Source: Alphaproteobacteria bacterium MarineAlpha3_Bin6
GTDB lineage: Bacteria; Pseudomonadota; Alphaproteobacteria; Rhodospirillales; UBA2165
Assembly (NCBI GenBank): GCA_002938035.1
Contig: PTLH01000003.1
Span: forward strand, 1-47,804
DNA: 47,804 nucleotides
Direction: 5' to 3'
Below the pieces are notes generated by a model, which saw only the letters and a program-made list of their open reading frames with translations, was not told where the DNA came from and made no database searches. Both the position numbers and the translations under genes were made by a program. Numbering within the stretch: position 1 is the first letter of the stretch; the number at the start of each line of letters is the position of its first letter. Shown in pieces: positions 31,240 through 41,472 of this stretch.

Positions 31240-31335
31240 TTATGCTCCGATGGCGTTTACGAGCAACACCATAACCACGGTGATAATGAGACCCAGAACG
31301 ACGGTTCCTGTTAGTGAATCTAGTGGATTTCCCAT
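31240..31335 (-). CDS. 31-aa single-TM microprotein MGNPLDSLTGTVVLGLIITVVMVLLVNAIGA
   Basis: Purine-rich RBS before ATG 31335, one clean hydrophobic helix, ends 25 bp upstream of the PuuD-like gene. Confidence 0.6.
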   Translation of the reverse strand: MGNPLDSLTGTVVLGLIITVVMVLLVNAIGA

Positions 31336-31455
31336 GTTTATCTCTCTTTCCCCGACAAAATTGAAAATATTAAAACGGCTATGTCTATTGTAATTCAATA
31401 TTTGGTTAGAAGTACAGACAGACGACACCCTATTACCTGATTTCTAACTGTTTTG

Positions 31456-32748
31456 TTAAGGGAATTTTTTTATTTGGGACTTTTCTACTGTTTCAGCAGC
31501 ATTTTGACCAGACTGGACGGCACTTTCAATGGTTGCGGGAAGGCCAGTGTTGATCCAATCACCAGCTAGATGTAAATTTTCCCATTTTGTATATGAATTG
31601 GGCCTAAGTATATCCTGTGCTGGGGTTTGAGAGATGGTAGCCCGGCGTTCTTTTAAAACACGGTAGGGCGGTAAGGGGATTACTTTTTCTGGGATAATTG
31701 TCGCTATTTCTTGCCATGCTTGACTAGCTAAAATATTGGCTTCTTGTTCCACAAGGTCTTTGGCGTTGCTGATGGTCACGGAGAGGAGGTTATTTTTTCG
31801 AAATACCCACTGACACATTCCGTTGATAATACCGATAAATGGTACGTCATTGGGAAGGAGACACAATCGGTTGGGCTTAAAATGAATATTAACGATTGGG
31901 TGATATTTAGTCGGAATGGTGACTTCGGGGACGAGTGCTGCTACTTCATTGGGTGGTAGAGCTAAGATGATGTGATCGTTCTTGCGACACGTTACAACTT
32001 CATTTCCAACGATATAGTTTTCCACTTGGCTACCTGAGAATGAGATTGATCTGACTCGTGCACCAAATGTTATGCTGCATTTGTGTTCGGCAAGATACTT
32101 AATTGCAGGGTCAACTAAGGCGGCGCTTAGGCCTTTAGGTGTGAGAAAAGGCTGAGCAAAAGCAGGACCACGAAGGAGCGTGAGCTCTAGCATTTTTCCT
32201 AATAACCTTGCAGATCCTTCTCTCGCATCAGTGTTTAGAACGGCATTGCTCAAAGGCTCCCAAAATCGTTTGAACATGGTACTGTTCGGATCAACGTGGT
32301 TAGTCAGTGTGGAATCGGGAGATGCGGCGGCAAGCTTTTTAAGTACTAGGTAATCTTTAATATGTGTACCTGGTATTCGCCGGTGCGGCAGGAATATCCA
32401 GAATGGAAGTTTTACATTACCCGGTTGTAGTGTCCATCGTTCAGCATTTTTCAAATCAATAAAGGGAAAGGCATTAGGGACTGCCTGGAGGCCCCTGTCA
32501 GCTCCAATAAGTCTCAGATAATCAAAAATTCCACGGTTGCCTCCCAATATCAGGTGGTTGCCATTGTCTATCAGGCAATCGAGGATAGAATCACGAAAAG
32601 AGCGACAACGTCCACCAGCATGATTTGCAGCCTCATACACCCTGATTTCGAATCCTCTTTGCAGACAATATACAGCCGCTGAAAGGCCAGCTAAACCTGC
32701 ACCGAAGATATGGACTCTAGTTAAAGGTGTATTCAATTTTTTGCCCAT
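31456..32748 (-). CDS. hpnE: Hydroxysqualene dehydroxylase HpnE-like FAD-dependent oxidoreductase
   Basis: GAGLAGLSAA, EA..HAGGRCRSF.D, IDNGNHL, IVNIHF, KERRAT, LAGDW..TGLPATIESAV.SG; start set at ATG 32748. Confidence 0.85.
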   Translation of the reverse strand: MGKKLNTPLTRVHIFGAGLAGLSAAVYCLQRGFEIRVYEAANHAGGRCRSFRDSILDCLIDNGNHLILGGNRGIFDYLRLIGADRGLQAVPNAFPFIDLKNAERWTLQPGNVKLPFWIFLPHRRIPGTHIKDYLVLKKLAAASPDSTLTNHVDPNSTMFKRFWEPLSNAVLNTDAREGSARLLGKMLELTLLRGPAFAQPFLTPKGLSAALVDPAIKYLAEHKCSITFGARVRSISFSGSQVENYIVGNEVVTCRKNDHIILALPPNEVAALVPEVTIPTKYHPIVNIHFKPNRLCLLPNDVPFIGIINGMCQWVFRKNNLLSVTISNAKDLVEQEANILASQAWQEIATIIPEKVIPLPPYRVLKERRATISQTPAQDILRPNSYTKWENLHLAGDWINTGLPATIESAVQSGQNAAETVEKSQIKKFP

Positions 32749-32814
32749 AGTGAACGAGTTAATTTCTCCAATATCTGTAGTATCGATAAAAAGACTGCAA
32801 GACACCAAGTTTTT

Positions 32815-33660
32815 ATGGCAGAAAAGGGAATGTTTAACTTTCTCTCTCTTTGTGCCCAAGAAGTTAGGCGTCACGATTGGGACAGATATCTTTTTACTTT
32901 GTTTGCACCGGCAGACGTGAGAGAGGATCTATTTACAATTTTGGCGTTTAATACGGAAATAGCAAGAATACCAGACATGGTGAGTGAACCTTTACTCGGC
33001 CAAATCCGCTTACAGTGGTGGCAGGATTCAATTAATAAAATTTATGCAGGCAGTTCAGATGGTATTCAAGGTCACTATATATTTGAACACATTCCCAGGG
33101 TAATACTCGAGCGAGGACTTTCAAAATCTCTTTTTGATCAACTTTTTGAAGCTAGAGCATCGGATTTTTCCCGAAGTCCCCCAAAGAATGAGCAGGCCCT
33201 AGTAGATTATGTATTTGGGACCTCTGCGGCTTTAAATATTTTATTATTAGAGACAATAGGAGAGAAAAATGGTTTCGAAGATAAAGCAGCGGAGGTTGGT
33301 ATCGCTTGGGGACTGACAGGTTTAATACGTGCTCTTCCAAATTTAGCAAAACAAGGACGTTTTCCCTTGCCAATAAGCTTAATTGCGCCTGATCAAAATC
33401 TCAGTGAGTTTAATAACGACATGGTTCACGCGATCCAATCAGTCTGTGTTATAGCAAAGGATTACCTTGATAGATCACAGGAAAGAAATATCTCGGTGAG
33501 TAAGGTGCACCGATCAGTATTTTTATCTTCGATTTTAACCACTCTTTATCTAAAACAAATTTCTGAGTCAGGGTATAACCCCTATTCCATTGACTCCAGA
33601 AATGGGAGAGTTGGCCGGCAATTTGTGGTGGGTGTAGGGGCGTTATTAGGTAACTACTGA
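32815..33660 (+). CDS. Squalene/phytoene synthase-fold protein of the NDUFAF6 type
   Basis: VRRHD.DRY, AFNTEIARI.D.VSEP.LGQIRLQWW; no intact DxxxD motifs. Confidence 0.85.
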   Translation: MAEKGMFNFLSLCAQEVRRHDWDRYLFTLFAPADVREDLFTILAFNTEIARIPDMVSEPLLGQIRLQWWQDSINKIYAGSSDGIQGHYIFEHIPRVILERGLSKSLFDQLFEARASDFSRSPPKNEQALVDYVFGTSAALNILLLETIGEKNGFEDKAAEVGIAWGLTGLIRALPNLAKQGRFPLPISLIAPDQNLSEFNNDMVHAIQSVCVIAKDYLDRSQERNISVSKVHRSVFLSSILTTLYLKQISESGYNPYSIDSRNGRVGRQFVVGVGALLGNY

Positions 33661-33820
33661 CGCTAAGTAAGCATTTTTGTTTTGAGGGTAAAACTAAAAA
33701 TTGTGGGCAATGGTAGGTGGTGAAATGTCAATAATTGTCATTTTCTCATTCTAAATGTTTAATCGCGTACTTCGAAAGTTTCTAGTTAATGTGATAGAAT
33801 TATGCCAGATGCTCTCTTAT

Positions 33821-35200
33821 CTAGACTTTTTCTTCCAACCATAGATCTGTTTGCTCCAGAGCGCGTCGGGCATATGCGGCTTTCCTTTCTCTTCCACGTA
33901 TAGGCTTGACTTTGTTTTTTGGGTTTCCGCTGCCTTGCTCCGATAAGGGGGGAAACAGACCGAAATTTACATTGATTGGTTGGTATGTTTCTGGATCTCC
34001 ACCACCAGTTATATGTGCGAGTAAAGAGCCCAGTGCCGTCCCTAGCCTGGGGTGTTGTGGAGAGAGGCCTAACTTCTCGTAAGCGGCAAATCTTCCAGCT
34101 AACAAACCAACGGCAGCGCTTTCCACATAACCCTCGCATCCAGTGATCTGGCCCGCAAATCTTAGCCTGGGTTCAGATTTTAATCGTAATGTAGGGTCCA
34201 GAAGCCTTGGAGCATTAATAAAGGTATTACGATGAATGCCACCTAAACGAGCAAATTCTGCTTTTTCCAATCCCGGGATCGTCCGGAATATACGGATTTG
34301 TTCGTCATATTTCATTTTAGTCTGAAAACCGACCATATTATACAGTGTTCCAAGGGTGTTATCTTGGCGAAGTTGCACCACCGCCCTGGGCTTTCTACTT
34401 GGCGAATGTGGGTTAGTTAAACCAACTGGTTTCATCGGACCGAAAGCAAGTGTTTCCAGACCGCGTTCTGCCATCACCTCTATGGGCAGACAACCTTCGA
34501 AATAAGGGGTATTTTCTTCCCAATCATGGAATAAAACTTTTTCGGCATTCAGTAGCTCTGTAATAAAATTTTCGTACTCTTCATCATTTAATGGACAATT
34601 GATATAATCTGCCCCGTCACCCTTATCATAACGTGACTGAAACCAGACTTTTGAGAAGTCGATGCTATCCCTATAAGCTATTGGTGCAATGGCGTCATAA
34701 AAAGCTAGATTTTGTTCACCAGTTAACTCGGTAATGGATGACGTAAGAGAAGGGGAGGTAAGTGGTCCAGTAGCAATTATAACACTATCCCATTCCGTTG
34801 GAGGAAGCTCGGTCAACTCTAATCGAACGATATCTACAAGTATTTCATTTTCCAATGCGGATTGAACAGCCTGGCTGAATTCATCCCGATCTACAGCTAA
34901 CGCGGCTCCAGCTGGTACCCGATTGGCATCTGCACAACGCATGATTAGGGAACCGCATCGACGAAGCTCTTCATGAAGGACGCCGACAGCATTGTATTGA
35001 GCATCGTCTGAACGAAAAGAGTTTGAGCAAACCAGTTCTGCGAGTACATCCGTTTGATGAGCATCAGTACAACGCTGCGGTCTCATTTCATACAACCGTA
35101 CACCAATTCCCAACTGGGAAAGTTGCCAAGCTGCTTCAGATCCAGCTAGACCACCTCCGACGACATGAACGACTTTGTCGTTTTTATGTTTTAAGTCCAT
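33821..35200 (-). CDS. trmFO: Methylenetetrahydrofolate--tRNA-(uracil-5)-methyltransferase TrmFO
   Basis: [55 protein letters not shown]; start 35200 or 35230. Confidence 0.97.
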   Translation of the reverse strand: MDLKHKNDKVVHVVGGGLAGSEAAWQLSQLGIGVRLYEMRPQRCTDAHQTDVLAELVCSNSFRSDDAQYNAVGVLHEELRRCGSLIMRCADANRVPAGAALAVDRDEFSQAVQSALENEILVDIVRLELTELPPTEWDSVIIATGPLTSPSLTSSITELTGEQNLAFYDAIAPIAYRDSIDFSKVWFQSRYDKGDGADYINCPLNDEEYENFITELLNAEKVLFHDWEENTPYFEGCLPIEVMAERGLETLAFGPMKPVGLTNPHSPSRKPRAVVQLRQDNTLGTLYNMVGFQTKMKYDEQIRIFRTIPGLEKAEFARLGGIHRNTFINAPRLLDPTLRLKSEPRLRFAGQITGCEGYVESAAVGLLAGRFAAYEKLGLSPQHPRLGTALGSLLAHITGGGDPETYQPINVNFGLFPPLSEQGSGNPKNKVKPIRGRERKAAYARRALEQTDLWLEEKV

Positions 35201-35339
35201 AGATTTGAAATACCCTTCTAAGTCCCCCATCGCAACTCTCTAACGAATAAATTCAGGGCCTAAATAGTGATTTAAGATATGTCCGATGGGTTCCATCGTT
35301 TCGGAAAGTACAACAGCCAGGGAATTTTTATTGGCCCGT

Positions 35340-38177
35340 TTAATTTCCTTTTTTAAAACATCGGTCAAGGTACTGGCCAGTAAAGCTTTCTGGCGTTTTT
35401 GCAATTTCTTCGGGTGTTCCAACAGCAACGATATATCCGCCTTTAAGACCGCCTTCAGGACCTAGGTCGATTACGTGGTCTGCGGTTTTGATGACATCAA
35501 GGTTGTGTTCGATTACAATAACAGTGTTACCTTGATCAACAAGTGCTTGCAGAACTTCTATGAGCTTACGTACATCTTCGAAATGTAAGCCAGTAGTGGG
35601 TTCATCAAGGATATAAAGGGTTTTGCCCGTAGCTTTGCGAGACAGTTCTTTTGCCAGTTTCACCCGTTGTGCTTCACCACCAGAAAGAGTGGTCGCTTGC
35701 TGCCCTATATGAATATAGCTAAGGCCTACGCGACAGAGTGTTTCCATCTTAGTACGGATAATTGGCACTGCCTTAAAGAACTCCAGACCTTCCTCTACCG
35801 TCATATCGAGAACGTCGGCAATAGATTTGCCTCGGAAGGTAATTTCCAACGTTTCACGATTATAGCGTCTGCCCTTGCAAACATCACATTGGACATAGAC
35901 GTCAGGGAGAAAATGCATTTCTATCTTAATGACACCATCCCCATGACACGCTTCACATCGTCCACCTTTGACGTTGAAAGAAAAACGACCTGGTTTGTAA
36001 CCGCGCGCTTTAGCATCGGGAAGACCAGAAAACCAATCCCTGATGGGCGTGAACGCGCCAGTGTAAGTGGCTGGATTAGAGCGGGGAGTGCGCCCGATAG
36101 GTGTTTGATCGATATCTACGACCTTATCAAGGAATTCGACGCCCAAGAGTTTGTCATGGGCACCAGGGTGCAGGCGTGAACTATAAATCTTTCGTGCTAG
36201 GGCTTTATATAGCGTTTCAATGACCAGGCTCGACTTCCCACCGCCGGAAACGCCGGTAATACAGGTAAACGTTCCCAGCGGAAATACAGCATCTATATTT
36301 TGAAGGTTATTTTCCTTCGCGCCTTTAAGGATTAATATTTGACCTCTATGGCCAGATCTTCGTTTCTTGGGAATCTCGATTTGTCGATGGCCAGCCAGAT
36401 ATTGTCCCGTCAGGCTTTCTGAAACCTCCATGACGGTTGTTGGTGAACCAGTTGCTACCACCTGGCCACCGTGAATACCAGCGCCTGGACCCATGTCTAC
36501 CACGTTGTCCGCATTCAAGATCGCTTCTTCATCATGTTCGACCACAACGACCGTATTGCCAAGGTCGCGCAAGCGCTTAAGGGTTGTTAACAGTCGATTA
36601 TTATCCCGCTGATGTAGGCCAATAGACGGTTCGTCCAGAACATAAAGCACCCCGGTAAGCCCCGAGCCTATTTGCGAAGCCAGCCGGATGCGCTGGCTTT
36701 CTCCGCCTGATAAAGTTCGCGAAGCGCGTGCCAAGGTTAGGTATTCTAATCCCACGTTTTTTAAAAATCCGAGTCTTTCGTTGATTTCCCTAAGAATACG
36801 CTGAGCAATTTCATTCTGCTTCTTGGTGAGAGAGGTGTGCAACTCGCCAAACCAGGTTTTGGCTTCGTCAATCGTCATGTGTGCCACGTCCCCAATGTGT
36901 TTATTGCTTATCTTGACTGCTAACGCTTCCTGCTTAAGTCGGTTACCGTTGCACGATTCACATATTTTAGTAATTTGAAATTTAGAAAGATCTTCCCTTA
37001 CCCAGGATGAATCAGTTTCTTGCCACCGTCGTTCCATGTTCGGTAACACACCTTCAAATACCTTGCTGAGCTTATAGGATTGCTTGCCATCACTATAGTG
37101 CATGGTTACATCGGTTCCACCAGAACCGTGAAGTATAATATCTCGGTGTTTTTTCTTAAGTTTACTCCAACGTGTGTTTAGGTTGAATCCATAATGTTTT
37201 CCGAGACTTTTTAGGGTCTGGTTATAATATTGAGAACTTGAGTTAGCCCAGGGTGCGATAGCTCCTTCGGCGAGCGATAGACTGTGATCAGGTACTGCTA
37301 ACTCAGGATCAAAAAACATTTGGGTGCCAAGTCCATCGCAAGTTAGGCATGCGCCGAATGGATTATTGAATGAAAATAATCGAGGCTCAATCTCATCAAT
37401 ACTAAAGCCAGATACTGGGCACGCAAACTTGGCAGAAAAAGTAGTCCGATTTCCCGAATCAGCGTCTTCTGTGAAAGCCAATCCTTCAGAAAGATTAAGC
37501 GCTGTTTCAAAACTGTCGGCGAGTCGTTGTTCTAATCCCTGGCGTATCACCAGACGGTCCACAACAGCGTCAATGTCATGTTTAAAATTCTTTTCCAGGA
37601 TTGGGGTTTCATCAATTTGGTAAAATTCGCCATCTATTTTTACCCGTTGGAAACCTTTTTTGGCCAGTTCCTGCAACTCCTTTCTGTACTCACCTTTACG
37701 GCCACGTACAATCGGCGCTAGAAGGTAGATGCGAGTTTCATCTTTCATTTCCATCACCCGATCGACCATTTCGGAGATGGTCTGAGCCTCGATAGGTAGA
37801 CCCGTAGATGGCGAGTAGGGTATGCCAATGCGAGCGAACATGAGCCTTATATAATCATAGATTTCTGTGACTGTTCCGACCGTCGAGCGTGGGTTGCGCG
37901 AGGTGGTCTTCTGCTCAATCGAAATTGCCGGGGAAAGACCTTCAATTGAATCCACATCAGGCTTTTGCATCAACTCTAGAAATTGTCTTGCGTATGCAGA
38001 GAGGCTTTCAACATAACGTCGTTGGCCTTCAGCATAGATTGTATCAAACGCTAATGACGACTTACCGGAACCCGACAAGCCAGTGATCACCGTTAAGGAA
38101 TCTCTAGGAATTTCAACATCAATATTCTTTAAATTATGTTCGCGGGCGCCGCGTACGCTAATGGTCGCCATGCTCAT
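35340..38177 (-). CDS. uvrA: Excinuclease ABC subunit UvrA
   Basis: [43 protein letters not shown], Zn fingers. Confidence 0.99.
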   Translation of the reverse strand: MSMATISVRGAREHNLKNIDVEIPRDSLTVITGLSGSGKSSLAFDTIYAEGQRRYVESLSAYARQFLELMQKPDVDSIEGLSPAISIEQKTTSRNPRSTVGTVTEIYDYIRLMFARIGIPYSPSTGLPIEAQTISEMVDRVMEMKDETRIYLLAPIVRGRKGEYRKELQELAKKGFQRVKIDGEFYQIDETPILEKNFKHDIDAVVDRLVIRQGLEQRLADSFETALNLSEGLAFTEDADSGNRTTFSAKFACPVSGFSIDEIEPRLFSFNNPFGACLTCDGLGTQMFFDPELAVPDHSLSLAEGAIAPWANSSSQYYNQTLKSLGKHYGFNLNTRWSKLKKKHRDIILHGSGGTDVTMHYSDGKQSYKLSKVFEGVLPNMERRWQETDSSWVREDLSKFQITKICESCNGNRLKQEALAVKISNKHIGDVAHMTIDEAKTWFGELHTSLTKKQNEIAQRILREINERLGFLKNVGLEYLTLARASRTLSGGESQRIRLASQIGSGLTGVLYVLDEPSIGLHQRDNNRLLTTLKRLRDLGNTVVVVEHDEEAILNADNVVDMGPGAGIHGGQVVATGSPTTVMEVSESLTGQYLAGHRQIEIPKKRRSGHRGQILILKGAKENNLQNIDAVFPLGTFTCITGVSGGGKSSLVIETLYKALARKIYSSRLHPGAHDKLLGVEFLDKVVDIDQTPIGRTPRSNPATYTGAFTPIRDWFSGLPDAKARGYKPGRFSFNVKGGRCEACHGDGVIKIEMHFLPDVYVQCDVCKGRRYNRETLEITFRGKSIADVLDMTVEEGLEFFKAVPIIRTKMETLCRVGLSYIHIGQQATTLSGGEAQRVKLAKELSRKATGKTLYILDEPTTGLHFEDVRKLIEVLQALVDQGNTVIVIEHNLDVIKTADHVIDLGPEGGLKGGYIVAVGTPEEIAKTPESFTGQYLDRCFKKGN

Positions 38178-38227
38178 TTATATGGACTGGTACCAAGGAA
38201 AAAGCGAGTCCCAATGACATGCTTCTA

Positions 38228-39412
38228 TTAAAATACAGGCTTATGACTAGGCCTTAAAGATTTTCCTGCAAGGGCGAGAATAGCCATTACTGAGGCAAAG
38301 GAAGAGGCGCAATAATAAAGTATATCAAAGTCGAATGAGGCAATCATCAATCCAGCAACAAACGGTGATAATGTTTGGGCTAGCCGAAGTGCCATGCCAT
38401 TGGCAGATGAAAAAGTAGCACGTAAATCTTTTGGCGCAATCTCGAACAGGTGAACCTGTATGAGAGGTCGGATTACCCCAAATCCAGCTCCATAGCAAAG
38501 GGCTGAGAACAATATTCCCAAGGGGCCAGTGACAACAGGAAGTGACGCCATTCCTGTTGCTAAAATTATAAAGGAGGAAACTATAAGCGCGCGGCTAGAA
38601 AATAATTGCATCGCTTGGACTAAAAATACCGATGTAAGGGCACCAGTAATTGCACGTGCTGAGATAATAACGCCAATTAGCGCAGGGCCACTCCCAAAGC
38701 TGTAATTCATAAAAGAGGGAATATATGACACGAAGCAGCCAAAACCGACAAAAATAAATCCAAAGGTAAAGAAACAGAGCTCAATGACACGCCGGTCTGC
38801 TAAATGTGTCCATGCATGATAGAGATAGTGCTTGTTCTTTGGGTTCAGATCAGATTCTAAACTCTGAAGTGTTGACAGCATGTAGATTCCAACTGGCAAG
38901 GCAATCAGAGCTGTCATGAATGGGAAAAACCATTTGATTGATGCTAAAAGACCACCAACCAATGGTAAAAGTCCGCTGCCTATGCCTTGCGTTGCCCCGA
39001 CATACCCCATTATCTTGATACGGTCACTTCCGCTAAATAAATCGGGTATTAGGGCGGTGCTAAGGGTAACAAGTGCGCTGCCACCAATTCCCTGTATAAA
39101 ACGTAGACAAATTAAAGTTTCGATATTTGATGCCAAACTCACTAGTCCACCGCAGAGGCCAAAAATCACCAAAGAAGGAAACAGGATAAGTTTCTTCCCA
39201 AAGCGATCTGCCAGGTAACCCGTGACGGGTACCAGCAACAAAGCTGGAAGAGTGTAAGAAGACATTAGCATCCATCCAATGTCTCGATTCTGTATACCAA
39301 ATTCAATTTGCACCGCAGACAAAGCGGGGCCAACAGCCGGTACAGCCAAGAGACTTACAAAAGTAGTTGAGATAATAACGTGGGCAGCGTTTTTGGAGTG
39401 ACGATCGGGCAT
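38228..39412 (-). CDS. MFS transporter (drug:H+ antiporter-like)
   Basis: 12 TM, motif A GYLADRFGKK, LRFIQGIG. Confidence 0.9.
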   Translation of the reverse strand: MPDRHSKNAAHVIISTTFVSLLAVPAVGPALSAVQIEFGIQNRDIGWMLMSSYTLPALLLVPVTGYLADRFGKKLILFPSLVIFGLCGGLVSLASNIETLICLRFIQGIGGSALVTLSTALIPDLFSGSDRIKIMGYVGATQGIGSGLLPLVGGLLASIKWFFPFMTALIALPVGIYMLSTLQSLESDLNPKNKHYLYHAWTHLADRRVIELCFFTFGFIFVGFGCFVSYIPSFMNYSFGSGPALIGVIISARAITGALTSVFLVQAMQLFSSRALIVSSFIILATGMASLPVVTGPLGILFSALCYGAGFGVIRPLIQVHLFEIAPKDLRATFSSANGMALRLAQTLSPFVAGLMIASFDFDILYYCASSFASVMAILALAGKSLRPSHKPVF

Positions 39413-39440
39413 ATTTATTCAATAATTGGTTCGGTCAGAA

Positions 39441-39603
39441 GCGGAAAGAAATTTATGTTGTCATGGGTTGAGAGTCACAGTGTCACCCCAAACTTGAAGG
39501 AGGGTGGGCCAATCAAAAAACACATCTCTTTCCGTTTATTGATGGTCCTAAATTATGCGAGTTGGGGTGAGTTCCTTGGAGGAAGGAGGTATGTGTCTTC
39601 CGT
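39441..39603 (+). ncRNA. Candidate structured RNA element between divergent MFS and PDR/VanB genes
   Basis: 88-nt rod at 39483-39570 with 27 bp, both wobbles G-U on the + strand, 9x9 internal loop; CGGAAAGA (39442-39449) is complementary to the apical loop. Confidence 0.35.
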
Positions 39604-39729
39604 AAATTAACCGTCCAATCACCTATTTGCTATCACTTTGTTCTCTTTCAAAGAGGCGGATCACTGGTTATACCATTCACTGACTGAGTAATTTTTATGA
39701 GGCGAAGAAGAATTCTGGACTAACAAAAT

Positions 39730-40704
39730 ATGCAGCAGTTGATACTCAAGGTTAACAAACTTCAGCAGCTCACTTCTGGAATAAAGAGATTTGAGTTTGT
39801 CTCCCCGGTTGGAGATGATCTACCAGTATTTACCGCAGGAGCACACCTAGATTTTCACCTAGATAACGGTTTGATCCGGTCCTACTCTTTAGCCAACAAT
39901 CCGGAGGAATCAAACCGCTATGTTACCGCTGTATTGCGGGAAGAAACGGGTGGTGGTGGCTCTAAATACATGCACGATAATGTATCTGTCGGTGACGAAT
40001 TGAAAGTTACCGGGCCATCTAATAATTTCGAGCTGGCGGATATTCCTGGCACACATATTTTGTTGGGCGGAGGTATTGGCATTACGCCTCTTTTGGCAAT
40101 GGGCCATAAGTTAAAAGCAGAGAATAGGCCACGCCATTTACATTATTGTACCAAATCTCGAGAGGAAACCGCATTTGTTGAGGAAGTAGAACAAATTTTC
40201 GGTGATAATCTTACTTTTTATCATGACGGGGGTGATCCTTCCAAAGGCATCAATCTCAAGGAAACCATTGGTGTGCAGACGATAGATGCAAACCTGTATA
40301 TTTGTGGGCCTACAGGTTTATTAAGCGCTGCCCGAGACGTGACAAGCCACTGGACCGTTGGAAGTGTTCATTTTGAACTTTTTCAGAGTACCAAATCTAA
40401 GGAAGAGAAAGCGGCAGAGGCAAAACTAGACAATCGCAATCAGGCTTTCGAAGTTGAGCTGGCTCAGTCAGGACGAACCTTGATGATTCCTGAGGATAAA
40501 TCGATATTACAGGTGCTTTGGGAAAATGAAATTGAAGTTCTTCATGCCTGCGAGGAAGGTTGGTGCGGTAATTGTGTGGTAGACTATCTTGAAGGTGGTG
40601 TAGATCACCGGGACGAGGTTCTTGATGATTTAGAACGTGAATCTAAATTGCAGGTTTGTGTTTCCCGAGCGCTGCCAGGGGGGAAAATTATCCTTGATTT
40701 GTAA
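39730..40704 (+). CDS. PDR/VanB family oxidoreductase (FMN/NAD + C-terminal 2Fe-2S)
   Basis: RSYSL, GGGS, GGIGITP, YICGP, HFE.F, CEEGWCGNC...CVS. Confidence 0.93.
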   Translation: MQQLILKVNKLQQLTSGIKRFEFVSPVGDDLPVFTAGAHLDFHLDNGLIRSYSLANNPEESNRYVTAVLREETGGGGSKYMHDNVSVGDELKVTGPSNNFELADIPGTHILLGGGIGITPLLAMGHKLKAENRPRHLHYCTKSREETAFVEEVEQIFGDNLTFYHDGGDPSKGINLKETIGVQTIDANLYICGPTGLLSAARDVTSHWTVGSVHFELFQSTKSKEEKAAEAKLDNRNQAFEVELAQSGRTLMIPEDKSILQVLWENEIEVLHACEEGWCGNCVVDYLEGGVDHRDEVLDDLERESKLQVCVSRALPGGKIILDL

Positions 40705-40944
40705 CTTGCTAGCCAGCAGTTCAAATTTTAATTGAAGTGTGTCTATTTGTTAGAACACAACGATTAAATCGTTTATCACATCAAATTTTTTAATGGTGGA
40801 AAACCTATATCGAGATATTGGAGGTTATTTGGTTGTGTTGAGCCTCTGAGATTTATTATTGTTAAGTTTATGGGTGTATCGCCATAAAAAAAACGCTAAA
40901 CATGAGTTGATGAGAGGTAAAACTGAAAGTTAGTGAGGGCTAAT

Positions 40945-41427
40945 ATGGCAGGTAGTGTTAATAAAGTAATACTCGTGGGAAATCTTGGTCGAGACCCTGA
41001 GGTTCGCCATTCCCAGGATGGTAATAAGATTGTCAATATGTCGTTAGCTACTTCTGAATCTTGGACTGATCGGAGTTCCGGTGAGCGCCGGGAAAAAACA
41101 GAGTGGCATCGTGTAGTAATCTTTAATGACCACCTCGGAGAGATAGCGGAGAAGTATTTAAACAAGGGGTCCAAGGTATATTTAGAGGGCCAGCTTCAGA
41201 CTCGGAAGTGGACAGGGAACGACGGACAAGAACGCTATAGCACTGAAGTGGTAATTAACAGGTTCCGCGGCGAATTGACTATGCTCGATTCCCGGAGTAG
41301 TAGCGCCTTGGAGGATGGCTCATCAGTGCAGGGGTCGGAAATTGGTGGTTCCGAAGAGAGCATGAAGGCCAACTCGGACGAAATAGGAACTGTGAGCGAT
41401 CAGCTCGATGACGAAATCCCATTTTAA
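40945..41427 (+). CDS. ssb: Single-stranded DNA-binding protein
   Basis: [27 protein letters not shown]-terminal DDEIPF. Confidence 0.98.
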   Translation: MAGSVNKVILVGNLGRDPEVRHSQDGNKIVNMSLATSESWTDRSSGERREKTEWHRVVIFNDHLGEIAEKYLNKGSKVYLEGQLQTRKWTGNDGQERYSTEVVINRFRGELTMLDSRSSSALEDGSSVQGSEIGGSEESMKANSDEIGTVSDQLDDEIPF

Positions 41428-41472
41428 ATATTTACTTGATATCCTTTTCTAATAATTTGTTAGGTTACCTTC

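Noticed and set aside
32815-33660. Calling this gene hpnC, hpnD or crtB
   Set aside because: It lacks the Asp-rich catalytic motifs, has the NDUFAF6-type IRLQWW signature and sits in the expected backbone position
39465-39500. TPP riboswitch-like words (UGAGA...ACCC...AACUUGA)
   Set aside because: No P3 before UGAGA and no GGAUAAUGCC/GCGUAGGGA-type P4-P5 elements
39441-39603. Canonical 6S RNA
   Set aside because: Size and rod-with-bubble shape are suggestive, but I recognise no 6S sequence motifs and it lacks the usual zapA/ygfA context
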